Assembly: GCA_022781515.1 (NCBI GenBank)
Contig: JALETI010000022.1
Location: 1 to 60,048 of the forward strand
From: Lachnospiraceae bacterium
GTDB taxonomy: Bacteria > Bacillota > Clostridia > Lachnospirales > Lachnospiraceae
Reading direction: 5' to 3'
DNA: 60,048 nucleotides
A model generated the notes under the pieces. It saw only the letters and a list, made by a program, of their open reading frames with translations, did not search any database and was not told the DNA's origin. Shown in pieces: positions 50,149 through 59,015 of this stretch. Every line of letters starts with the position of its first letter. Within the stretch, counting starts at the first letter, position 1. The translations under genes and the position numbers were made by a program.

Positions 50149-52065
50149 TTGATGGCAGGTTTTTTACCGGTGAATCGAGAGGAAATGGAACAAATGGGCT
50201 GGGAACAGCCGGACTTTGTATATGTAACAGGAGATGCCTATGTGGATCACCCTTCCTTTGGTCCTGCCATCATCAGCAGACTGTTGGAATCCCATGGCTA
50301 TAAAGTGGCGATGCTGCCCCAGCCGGACTGGAAAGATGAGAATTCCGTGCGGGTATTCGGTCGTCCCAGACTTGGTTTTCTGGTTTCTTCCGGCAATATG
50401 GATTCCATGGTGAATCATTATACCGTTGCCAGGAAACGGCGCCAGACGGATGCCTATACTCCCGGAGGCGTCATGGGACGGAGACCGGATTACGCCGTGG
50501 TTGTATACTGCAATCTGATTCGAAGGGTGTACAAGGATGTTCCGGTCATCATCGGAGGGATTGAGGCCAGCCTGCGGCGTATGGCACATTATGACTACTG
50601 GTCCGATAAACTGAAACGGTCGGTGCTGATGGATTCTTCGGCCGATCTGCTTTGCTACGGAATGGGTGAACATTCCACCGTGGAGATTGCGGATTGCCTC
50701 GCCAGCGGCATGTCTGTAAAGGATATTACCTTTGTCCGGGGAACCGTATACCGGACCTCCAATCCGGAACTGTTTCAGGATGCTGTTATACTTCCTGCAT
50801 TTGAGGAATTGCAGCAGACAAAGAAGAAATATGCAGAAAGCTTTTACACCCAGTACTGTAATACGGATCCATTCAGCGGCAGGAAACTGGTGGAGCCGTA
50901 TCCCAATAAACAGTATCTGGTGCAGAATCCGCCCGCCTACCCTCTGACGCAGATGGAGATGGATGATATCTATGATCTTCCATACATGAGAACCTGGCAT
51001 CCGATTTATGATGAAGCCGGCGGTATTCCTGCCATTTCTGAGGTGAAATTCAGTCTGGTCAATAACAGAGGATGTTTCGGCGGCTGCAGCTTTTGTGCCC
51101 TGACCTTCCATCAGGGACGGATTATTCAGTCCAGAAGTCATGAATCTATTTTGAAGGAAGCCGAATTGATGACCCGTCAGCCGGATTTCAAAGGGTATAT
51201 CCATGACGTGGGTGGTCCCACGGCGGATTTCCGGCATCCTGCCTGCGAGAAACAGCTTACCAAAGGGGTATGTCCAAAGAAACAGTGTCTTTTCCCGGAA
51301 CCCTGCAAAAATCTGCGGGCGGACCACCGGGATTACATGGAATTGCTGCGCAAACTGCGGAATCTGCCCGGTGTGAAAAAAGTATTTATCCGTTCCGGCA
51401 TTCGCTTTGATTATGTACTGGCAGATAAAAAGAGCAATTTTCTGGAAGAACTGTGCCGGTATCATGTCAGCGGCCAGCTGAAGGTTGCTCCGGAACATGT
51501 ATCCGATCGGGTTTTAAAATATCTTGGCAAACCGGGAAACGATGTATACCAGGAATTTGTCCGTCAGTATCAGAAAACCAATGAACGGTTGAAGAAAAAA
51601 CAGTATCTGGTTCCTTATCTGATGTCATCCCATCCCGGTTCCACCCTGAAAGATGCGATCCAGCTGGCGGAAGCTGTCCGTGATATGGGGTATATGCCGG
51701 AACAGGTACAGGATTTTTATCCCACGCCGTCAACAATCTCCACTTGTATGTATTACACAGGTCTGGATCCGCGGACCATGGAGCCGGTCTATGTGCCGGT
51801 CAATCCGCATGAGAAGGCGATGCAGCGCGCTCTGATCCAGTACCGCAATCCAAAGAACTATGAGCTGGTGGAAGAGGCGCTGAAGAAAGCAGGGCGGACC
51901 GATCTGATCGGTTATGATAAGAAATGTCTGATCCGCCCTCGTACCGGATGGAATACCGGAAGGAACTCCGGGAGCACCAGAAAAGAATCCGGAGAGAAGG
52001 AACGGACACCGGTGAAAAAGAAAACGATCCGAAACGTGCATAAAAAAGTACAGAGAAAGGCGTGA
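50149..52065 (+). CDS. ygiQ: YgiQ family radical SAM protein
   Basis: GDAYVDHPSFG, GNMDSMV, GGIEASLRR, RGCFGGCSFC, VQDFYPTP. Confidence 0.93.
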   Translation: MMAGFLPVNREEMEQMGWEQPDFVYVTGDAYVDHPSFGPAIISRLLESHGYKVAMLPQPDWKDENSVRVFGRPRLGFLVSSGNMDSMVNHYTVARKRRQTDAYTPGGVMGRRPDYAVVVYCNLIRRVYKDVPVIIGGIEASLRRMAHYDYWSDKLKRSVLMDSSADLLCYGMGEHSTVEIADCLASGMSVKDITFVRGTVYRTSNPELFQDAVILPAFEELQQTKKKYAESFYTQYCNTDPFSGRKLVEPYPNKQYLVQNPPAYPLTQMEMDDIYDLPYMRTWHPIYDEAGGIPAISEVKFSLVNNRGCFGGCSFCALTFHQGRIIQSRSHESILKEAELMTRQPDFKGYIHDVGGPTADFRHPACEKQLTKGVCPKKQCLFPEPCKNLRADHRDYMELLRKLRNLPGVKKVFIRSGIRFDYVLADKKSNFLEELCRYHVSGQLKVAPEHVSDRVLKYLGKPGNDVYQEFVRQYQKTNERLKKKQYLVPYLMSSHPGSTLKDAIQLAEAVRDMGYMPEQVQDFYPTPSTISTCMYYTGLDPRTMEPVYVPVNPHEKAMQRALIQYRNPKNYELVEEALKKAGRTDLIGYDKKCLIRPRTGWNTGRNSGSTRKESGEKERTPVKKKTIRNVHKKVQRKA

Positions 52066-52829
52066 CTGAGATGAAAACGGCGATAGTAACCGGAGCTTCC
52101 TCCGGAATGGGTCGGGAGTGTGTGATACAGATTGCCGACCGATTTGGCGGAATTGAGGAGATCTGGGCCATTGCCCGCAGAGAGGACCGTCTGGAACAGC
52201 TGCGCGGTCAGCTTCCGGTACCGCTTAAAATTCTGCCGCTGAATCTGGAGGACCCGGCTGGCCTTGCCGGGCTGGAAGCGGAACTGAAACGAGTCCGGCC
52301 ACAGGTGAGGATTCTGGTGAATGCGGCCGGCTGCGGAAAAAACGGCCGGATCGGTTCCGCAGCACTTGCACAGGAGACCGGCATGGTCCGCTTAAACTGT
52401 GAGGCACTGTGTGCAGTGACCCACCTGGTGCTTCCGTATCTTGCAGATCACAGCAGGATTCTGCAGTTTGCTTCTGCGGCGGCATTTCTGCCTCAGCCGG
52501 ACTTTGGCATTTACGCGGCGACAAAAGCGTTTGTTCTGAGCTACAGCCGGGCACTTCACGAAGAACTGAGGGAACGTGACATCGCAGTGACTGCCGTGTG
52601 TCCGGGACCGGTCCGGACGGAATTTCTGGAGCTTGCAGGTTCCACAGAAGCAATGCCGTCCTACAAACGATATTTTATGGCAGAACCGAAGCGGGTAGTC
52701 AAAAAGGCAATCCGCGACAGTATGATGGGGCGTCCGATCTCCGTTTATGGTCTGTCCATGCAGACGTTCCGCCTTTTATGCAGGCTTCTTCCGCAGGATT
52801 TGCTTCTGCGGATCAAACAGAAGCTCTGA
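52062..52829 (+). CDS. SDR family oxidoreductase
   Basis: TGASSGMG, NAAG, YAATK, CPGPV. Confidence 0.92.
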   Translation: MTEMKTAIVTGASSGMGRECVIQIADRFGGIEEIWAIARREDRLEQLRGQLPVPLKILPLNLEDPAGLAGLEAELKRVRPQVRILVNAAGCGKNGRIGSAALAQETGMVRLNCEALCAVTHLVLPYLADHSRILQFASAAAFLPQPDFGIYAATKAFVLSYSRALHEELRERDIAVTAVCPGPVRTEFLELAGSTEAMPSYKRYFMAEPKRVVKKAIRDSMMGRPISVYGLSMQTFRLLCRLLPQDLLLRIKQKL

Positions 52830-52853
52830 TATTCCGACACAGGGAGATAAGAT

Positions 52854-53420
52854 ATGAAGATACAGAAAGGACAATACGGATATCGAGAAAGCCGCAAAAA
52901 GATTCAGTTGACACTTGTTTTGCTGCTGATCGCAGCCATTCTTGGTCAGCTTGCAGCAAGACAGTGTGCAGATCAGGAGGCCGCCAGAAATATCCTGACC
53001 GTGATGGCGATTCTGACGGTACTTCCCATGGCAAACCTGGCGTCTCCGCTGCTTGCCTCCTGGAAATATCGTACGCCGGCAGAAGATTTTCATAAAAAAG
53101 TGCAGGCCTATGAGGGGCAGTATACCGTGCTCTATGACCTGATTGTGACTACAAAAGAATTTGTCATTCCCATCGATGCCGCTGCGGTTCATCCGCAGGG
53201 CGTATATGCATACTGCCCGGCTTCCGGGCTGGATACCGGAAAGGCGGAGAAGGCGCTGAATGCATTGTTTTCCGCCAACCATCTGGATCCGAACCTGAAG
53301 CTGATCCGGGATGAACACAGCTTTCTGCGCCGCCTGGACAGTCTGAGACCGGCAGACGCTTTTGAGGATGACGGAACAGTGGCTTATGCGGCAAAGCTGA
53401 TGAAAAATATATCAATGTGA
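52854..53420 (+). CDS. hypothetical membrane protein
   Basis: KGQYGY N-terminus, two hydrophobic segments, GGGAG RBS. Confidence 0.8.
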   Translation: MKIQKGQYGYRESRKKIQLTLVLLLIAAILGQLAARQCADQEAARNILTVMAILTVLPMANLASPLLASWKYRTPAEDFHKKVQAYEGQYTVLYDLIVTTKEFVIPIDAAAVHPQGVYAYCPASGLDTGKAEKALNALFSANHLDPNLKLIRDEHSFLRRLDSLRPADAFEDDGTVAYAAKLMKNISM

Positions 53421-53436
53421 CGGAGTTATTTAGGAT

Positions 53437-54417
53437 ATGAAGAGTATTATCGTAAACAGCAATGAGGCCGGACAGCGTCTGGACAAGCTGCTTGGAAAAT
53501 ATCTGAACCTTGCCGGTAAGGGATTTCTATATAAAATGATGCGTAAGAAAAATATTACGCTGAACGGGAAAAAATGTGACGGATCAGAAAAACTGATGCA
53601 GGGCGATGAAATCAGGCTGTTTCTTTCGGATGAGACCTTTGATAAATTTTCGGAAGTCAAAGTACAGAGGGTAAGCAGGCAAAAACTGGATATCATCTAT
53701 GAGGATGCACACATTCTTCTGATCAATAAACCATCCGGTATGCTCTCTCAAAAAGCAAAGGAAACGGATGAATCACTGGTGGAATATGTGATCGATTATC
53801 TGCTGAATTCCGGTCAGCTGACGAATGAGGAACTTCGAAGCTTTCACCCGTCTGTCTGCAACCGCCTGGACCGCAACACCAGCGGACTGGTAGCAGCGGG
53901 CAAATCTCTGGCCGGTCTGCAGATGCTTTCTGCCGTATTCAAAGACCGTTCCCTCCACAAATACTATATATGCGGAGTGCGCGGGCAGATCACGAAACGG
54001 CAGCTGATCAACGGCTACCTGAAAAAGGACGAACGAACCAATCAGGTTTCCATCCTCCATGACGCGGCAGACGGAGCACTCCCGATCCGGACGGAATACG
54101 AACCGCTGGCTTACAAAGACGGATATACGTTGTTGAAGGTTACTCTGATTACAGGACGCACGCATCAAATCCGCGCACATCTGGCATCCATCGGACACCC
54201 GATCCTGGGGGATTACAAATATGGGGATCCGGGATTGAATGAGGAGGTAAAACAGCGTTATCATATCCGTTCCCAGATGCTGCACTCCTGGCAGATGGTA
54301 TTTCCGGAACTGGCGGAACCCTTTGCTTATCTGAGCGGAAAGCGGTTTTTGGCACCGGCGCCCAGGGAATTTTCCAAAATTTTCGGGACGGAATACGAGA
54401 AAGAAGCAGGACGGTGA
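53437..54417 (+). CDS. RluA-family pseudouridine synthase with S4 domain
   Basis: GQRLDK, INKPSG, NRLDRNTSG, TGRTHQIRAH. Confidence 0.93.
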   Translation: MKSIIVNSNEAGQRLDKLLGKYLNLAGKGFLYKMMRKKNITLNGKKCDGSEKLMQGDEIRLFLSDETFDKFSEVKVQRVSRQKLDIIYEDAHILLINKPSGMLSQKAKETDESLVEYVIDYLLNSGQLTNEELRSFHPSVCNRLDRNTSGLVAAGKSLAGLQMLSAVFKDRSLHKYYICGVRGQITKRQLINGYLKKDERTNQVSILHDAADGALPIRTEYEPLAYKDGYTLLKVTLITGRTHQIRAHLASIGHPILGDYKYGDPGLNEEVKQRYHIRSQMLHSWQMVFPELAEPFAYLSGKRFLAPAPREFSKIFGTEYEKEAGR

Positions 54418-54423
54418 TCGGAG

Positions 54424-54957
54424 ATGGGGACCTGGAAAAGCCGTGGTCTGCGTGGTTCCACACTGGAAGACATGATCAACCACACCAATGACGTATACCG
54501 GGAACAGAAGCTGGCACTGATTCAGAAGATACCGACCCCGATTACGCCCATCACGATTGATAAGGAGACGCGCCACATTACATTGGCGTACTTTGACCAG
54601 AAAAGTACCGTCGATTATATCGGAGCCGTTCAGGGAATTCCGGTCTGCTTCGATGCCAAGGAATGTGCAGTGAAAACCTTTCCGCTTCAGAATGTCCATG
54701 AGCATCAGATCCGGTTTATGGAGGCATTTGAGCAGCAGGGCGGCATCGCTTTCATTATTCTGTATTTCACGTCGCTGGACGAAATCTATTATGTTCCGTT
54801 TCGGGACCTTTACCGGTTCTGGAAACGCATGGATGACGGGGGGCGCAAAAGTGTGACCTATGAAGAGATCGATCACACCTTCCGGATACGGGCACACCGG
54901 GATATTCTGGTTCATTATCTGGAGATGATTCAGAGAGATCTGGATCAGAGAGCATAA
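54424..54957 (+). CDS. recU: Holliday junction resolvase RecU
   Basis: RGSTLE, QKIPTP, STVDYIG, FDAKE, HEHQ. Confidence 0.93.
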   Translation: MGTWKSRGLRGSTLEDMINHTNDVYREQKLALIQKIPTPITPITIDKETRHITLAYFDQKSTVDYIGAVQGIPVCFDAKECAVKTFPLQNVHEHQIRFMEAFEQQGGIAFIILYFTSLDEIYYVPFRDLYRFWKRMDDGGRKSVTYEEIDHTFRIRAHRDILVHYLEMIQRDLDQRA

Positions 54958-54967
54958 GGAGGATACG

Positions 54968-55273
54968 ATGATTTTTTCCATAGTAAAGCAGTCGATTGAA
55001 ATTCGCATGCGCTTCGATCAGGTGCCGAAAATCTATGCCGATTCGGAGTGTGCTGCCGTGATCGGCATGCTGGCGAAACAATACGGACTTCCGGTCCCCG
55101 AACGCAGGGAAGATCTGAAGGAGATCCGGGAGGCACTCATGACGCAGGCTGCTGACCTGCCGGCAACGGAGGAGATTGAAAAACTGCGAGGACTTCTCGA
55201 ACCGTACGAACCGAAAGCGCCGGTCAGCGATGAAATCTACCAGCTTCTGGTATATGCTTACGAAAACACATAA
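54968..55273 (+). CDS. hypothetical protein
   Basis: AAGGAGG RBS; co-directional within the operon. Confidence 0.75.
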   Translation: MIFSIVKQSIEIRMRFDQVPKIYADSECAAVIGMLAKQYGLPVPERREDLKEIREALMTQAADLPATEEIEKLRGLLEPYEPKAPVSDEIYQLLVYAYENT

Positions 55274-55282
55274 CGGAGGGAA

Positions 55283-55576
55283 TTGGATATGGACGCAGTA
55301 ATGGCTTTGGAGGAACTGAAACAGAAAGCAAAACAGGATCCGGATCTGAAAAAAAGAATTATGAATACCCGAACAGAAACGGACCCGATGGCTGCATTCT
55401 GCAGATTGTGCCGCGAACTGGGGTATCCGGTTTATGAGATGGATCTGATCCAGGCGGGAGAGGAATTCTACGCAGCGATCAAACGAAGTACTAATGGCGG
55501 AGGTGAAAATTCTCCGGTTCTGGAAGGAGAGGATGATTTTTATGAACTCTTCTTTGCGGAATTGGCGGATCTATAG
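55283..55576 (+). CDS. hypothetical protein with a Nif11-leader-like N-terminus
   Basis: GGAGG RBS; LEELKQKAKQDPDLKKRI...CRELGY...DL...NGGG. Confidence 0.7.
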   Translation: MDMDAVMALEELKQKAKQDPDLKKRIMNTRTETDPMAAFCRLCRELGYPVYEMDLIQAGEEFYAAIKRSTNGGGENSPVLEGEDDFYELFFAELADL

Positions 55577-55605
55577 AAAATACAATTTTATACAGGAGGA
55601 GCATT

Positions 55606-56862
55606 ATGGCTAGTAAACGTATCATTCAGGTGGAAGACAAGGTTCCGTTTAATCTGCTTCTGCCGCTGAGTGTCCAGCACATGTTTGCCATGTTCGGTGC
55701 TTCGGTTCTGGTGCCGTTTCTGTTTGGCATCAGCCCGGCGATTGTACTGTTCATGAATGGTGTCGGCACTCTGTTATTTATTGTGGTGACAAAGGGGAAA
55801 GCACCGGCTTATCTTGGTTCCAGCTTCGCATTTCTGGCTCCCGCTGGCATCGTTATCAGCAACTTCGGATATGAATATGCACTGGGCGGATTCGTGGCAG
55901 TTGGTTTCTGCGGCTGCCTGCTGGCACTGATCGTCTACAAATTCGAAACCGACTGGATCAACGTGGTTCTGCCTCCGGCTGCCATGGGACCGGTTGTAGC
56001 GCTGATTGGTCTGGAGCTTTCTTCTTCCGCAGCCAGAAATGCAGGGCTCCTGGAAGAAACCATTGATCCAAAGAATCTGATCGTATTCCTGGTGACACTC
56101 GGATTTGCGGTGTTTGGTTCCATTGCCTTCCGCGGATTCCTTTCGGTCATCCCAATCCTGATTGCGGTGCTTGCCGGCTACGCGTCTGCGATCGCATGCG
56201 GCATCGTCAGCTTTGAGGAGGTGGCTGCGGCTCCGTGGTTTGCGCTTCCGCAGTTTACAACTCCGAAATTTAATCTCGAGGCGATCATGATCATCATGCC
56301 GGTAATTCTTGTCATCGCATCGGAGCATATCGGCCATCAGGTCGTAACCAGCAAGATCGTCGGACGTGATCTCCTGAAAGACCCGGGACTGCATCGCAGC
56401 CTGTTTGGTGACAACTTCTCCACGATGATTTCCGGAATGATCGGTTCTGTACCGACGACTACTTATGGCGAGAACATCGGTGTGATGGCCATGACCGGTG
56501 TCTACAGCGTGCGTGTCATCGCAGGTGCTGCCGTTATGTCCATCATCTGCTCCTTTGTAGGCAAGCTGTCCACCCTGATCAGTACGATTCCAGGTCCTGT
56601 GATCGGCGGTATTTCATTTCTGCTTTATGGCATGATCGGAACCTCCGGACTGCGTATTCTTGTGGATTCCAGTGTGGATTTTGCAAAATCCAGAAATCAG
56701 GCGCTGACCTCGGTGATCTTTGTCACCGGCCTTTCCGGTATTGCAGTGAAAATCGGTAATATTCAGCTGACCGGAATGGTTCTGGCCTGTGTGGTCGGCA
56801 TGATCCTGAGTCTGATTTTCTATGTGATGGATCAGCTGAAGCTGACCAATGATCGGGATTAG
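55606..56862 (+). CDS. uraA: uracil permease (NCS2 family)
   Basis: QHMFAMFGASVLVP, YLGSSFAF, SEHIGH, PTTTYGENIGV. Confidence 0.93.
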   Translation: MASKRIIQVEDKVPFNLLLPLSVQHMFAMFGASVLVPFLFGISPAIVLFMNGVGTLLFIVVTKGKAPAYLGSSFAFLAPAGIVISNFGYEYALGGFVAVGFCGCLLALIVYKFETDWINVVLPPAAMGPVVALIGLELSSSAARNAGLLEETIDPKNLIVFLVTLGFAVFGSIAFRGFLSVIPILIAVLAGYASAIACGIVSFEEVAAAPWFALPQFTTPKFNLEAIMIIMPVILVIASEHIGHQVVTSKIVGRDLLKDPGLHRSLFGDNFSTMISGMIGSVPTTTYGENIGVMAMTGVYSVRVIAGAAVMSIICSFVGKLSTLISTIPGPVIGGISFLLYGMIGTSGLRILVDSSVDFAKSRNQALTSVIFVTGLSGIAVKIGNIQLTGMVLACVVGMILSLIFYVMDQLKLTNDRD

Positions 56863-56882
56863 AAAAAAGAGGAACAGAAATT

Positions 56883-57296
56883 ATGACAGAATACCTTCAT
56901 AAAGTTCAATACTATGAGACAGACCGCATGGGCATCACGCATCATTCGAATTACATCCGGTGGATGGAAGAGGCCCGTACGGATATGCTGGACCAGATTG
57001 GCTGGGGGTATGACCGGCTGGAGGAGATGGGAATCATCTCCCCGGTGGTCAGCGTGGAGGCACAGTACCGGCATACCACGACCTTCCATGATACCGTCGT
57101 GATTCGCACCGGAGTGAAAGAATTCAAAGGTGTGCGTTTGATTGTCTGGTATGAAATGAAGCATGCAAAGACGGGAGAAGTGGTATTCACCGGTACTTCC
57201 ACGCATTGTTTTCAGAATCCGGACGGAAAGCTGATCCGTCTGAATCGGGAATATCCGGAGTTTGACCGGATACTCAGAGAACTGGCGGAAGGGTGA
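56883..57296 (+). CDS. acyl-CoA thioesterase (YbgC/4HBT family)
   Basis: VQYYETDRMGITHHSNYIRWMEEAR. Confidence 0.92.
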   Translation: MTEYLHKVQYYETDRMGITHHSNYIRWMEEARTDMLDQIGWGYDRLEEMGIISPVVSVEAQYRHTTTFHDTVVIRTGVKEFKGVRLIVWYEMKHAKTGEVVFTGTSTHCFQNPDGKLIRLNREYPEFDRILRELAEG

Positions 57297-58763
57297 TTAT
57301 CCCCTTCCGTCCCAGCAGTATGTACAGAGTTTTTCTTTCGGAAGACCAATGGACTCGATCAGATCGTCCAGACGATGATAGCCGAGCGATGTGAAGTTCA
57401 GACGTCTGCGGATCTCCTCTACCATCTCTGCGTAATTTCGGCTGTCCGGATCGGCATAATCGGTCAGAAGCTCCCGGGATACGACATCTCCCTCGCGGTC
57501 ACGGATCACACGGCGGGTGATCAGGTCCAGTTCCGAATTGGACCGTGAGAAATTCAGATATTTACAGCCAAAAAGCAGCGGCGGGCATGCCATACGGATA
57601 TGAACTTCTTTTGCACCGCTCTGATACAGAAACTCTGTCGTCTCCCCAAGCTGGGTTCCGCGAACCAGAGAGTCATCGATCAGCAGCAGCTTCTTGTCAC
57701 GGATCAGCGCATCTACCGGAATCAGCTTCATCTTGGCAATCAGGTTGCGCTGGCTCTGGTTGGTCGGCATAAAGGAACGCGGCCAGGTGGGTGTGTATTT
57801 GATAAACGGCCTTGCGAACGGAATTCCGGATGCGTTGGCATAACCGATCGCATGGGCAATACCGGAATCCGGCACGCCGGCAACCAGATCCGGCTGAACC
57901 GCGGAGACTGAAGTCTCAGAAGCATGTCCCGGACATCCGCTGCACTGACCGCTGCATACATGATCGCGCATGGCAAGGCGCTCACCGCAGTGATAACGCA
58001 TCTCTTCGACATTGACTCCCTCATAGCTGGAAGTCGGATATCCATAGTAAACCCAGAGGAAGGAACAGATCTTCATCTCCTTGCGCGGGCGGCTTAAAGA
58101 CTGAAAACCATCCGGCTTAATCAGAGCGATTTCACCAGGTCCCAGCTCCATGCAGTCACGATAACCAAGATTGATATAAGCATGACTCTCAAACGATACA
58201 CAGTGTGCTCCTTCCTTTTTGCCGATCACAACCGGAGTACGTCCGTAGCGGTCTCGCGACGCATAAATACCTTCCGGAGTCAAAAGCAGGATAGACATGG
58301 ATCCTTCAATCATCTCCTGTGCATACAGAAGTCCGTCTACGAGACTTTCCCGCTGATTGATCAGGGCTGCGGTCAGCTCGGTAGCATTGATACGCCCGCC
58401 ACTCATCTCCATGAAATGAATATGACCGTTCTCAAATGCCTGACGCACCAGTTCATCTTCATTATTAATCTTACCAACCGTTACAATTGCATAGCTGCCC
58501 AGATGAGACTGGATCAGCAGCGGCATCGGCTCATTGTCTGAGATCGAACCAATACCGGAATTGCCCTTCAGTTCCTCTACATCCCGCTCAAACTTGGTAC
58601 GGAACGGAGAATTCTCGATGTTGTGAATGCTGCGCTGAAAGCCGTTTTTTCCATATACGGCCATACCGCCGCGGCGTGTGCCGAGATGTGAATGATAATC
58701 GGTGCCAAAAAAAAGATCCATGACACAGTCTTCATGCGATACTACTCCAAAAAAACCACCCAT
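57297..58763 (-). CDS. purF: amidophosphoribosyltransferase-like protein lacking the N-terminal catalytic Cys
   Basis: MGGFFG start, VPDSG, DDSLVRGT PRPP loop, ACPP, LCTYCW. Confidence 0.85.
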   Translation of the reverse strand: MGGFFGVVSHEDCVMDLFFGTDYHSHLGTRRGGMAVYGKNGFQRSIHNIENSPFRTKFERDVEELKGNSGIGSISDNEPMPLLIQSHLGSYAIVTVGKINNEDELVRQAFENGHIHFMEMSGGRINATELTAALINQRESLVDGLLYAQEMIEGSMSILLLTPEGIYASRDRYGRTPVVIGKKEGAHCVSFESHAYINLGYRDCMELGPGEIALIKPDGFQSLSRPRKEMKICSFLWVYYGYPTSSYEGVNVEEMRYHCGERLAMRDHVCSGQCSGCPGHASETSVSAVQPDLVAGVPDSGIAHAIGYANASGIPFARPFIKYTPTWPRSFMPTNQSQRNLIAKMKLIPVDALIRDKKLLLIDDSLVRGTQLGETTEFLYQSGAKEVHIRMACPPLLFGCKYLNFSRSNSELDLITRRVIRDREGDVVSRELLTDYADPDSRNYAEMVEEIRRRLNFTSLGYHRLDDLIESIGLPKEKLCTYCWDGRG

Positions 58764-58898
58764 CTATAGAAACCTCCAACTTTTATTCATGGTAATATCT
58801 GCGAAGAACAGATATTTTCTTCAGTATCAGTGTAACATATATCATATAGTTAATACAATCCACTTGATATATTAAAGTTACTAATAAATAAAGTTCCG

Positions 58899-58961
58899 TT
58901 GACGGAATGCCGGGAAAGACGTAAAATAGACATTGACATTTCATGCAACTTACCATATAAT
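58899..58961 (+). promoter_or_regulatory. tandem sigmaA promoters upstream of hisZ
   Basis: TTGACG-17-TAAAAT (58899-58927) and TTGACA-17-TATAAT (58933-58961). Confidence 0.75.
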
Positions 58962-58983
58962 AGTGTTCACGTTAACAAATTAG

Positions 58984-59003
58984 CACTTTACCATGTGAAA
59001 GTG
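58984..59003 (+). promoter_or_regulatory. putative HisR operator upstream of hisZ
   Basis: CACTTTA-CCATGT-GAAAGTG, located between the promoter and the RBS. Confidence 0.65.
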
Positions 59004-59015
59004 TCAGGAGGACTT

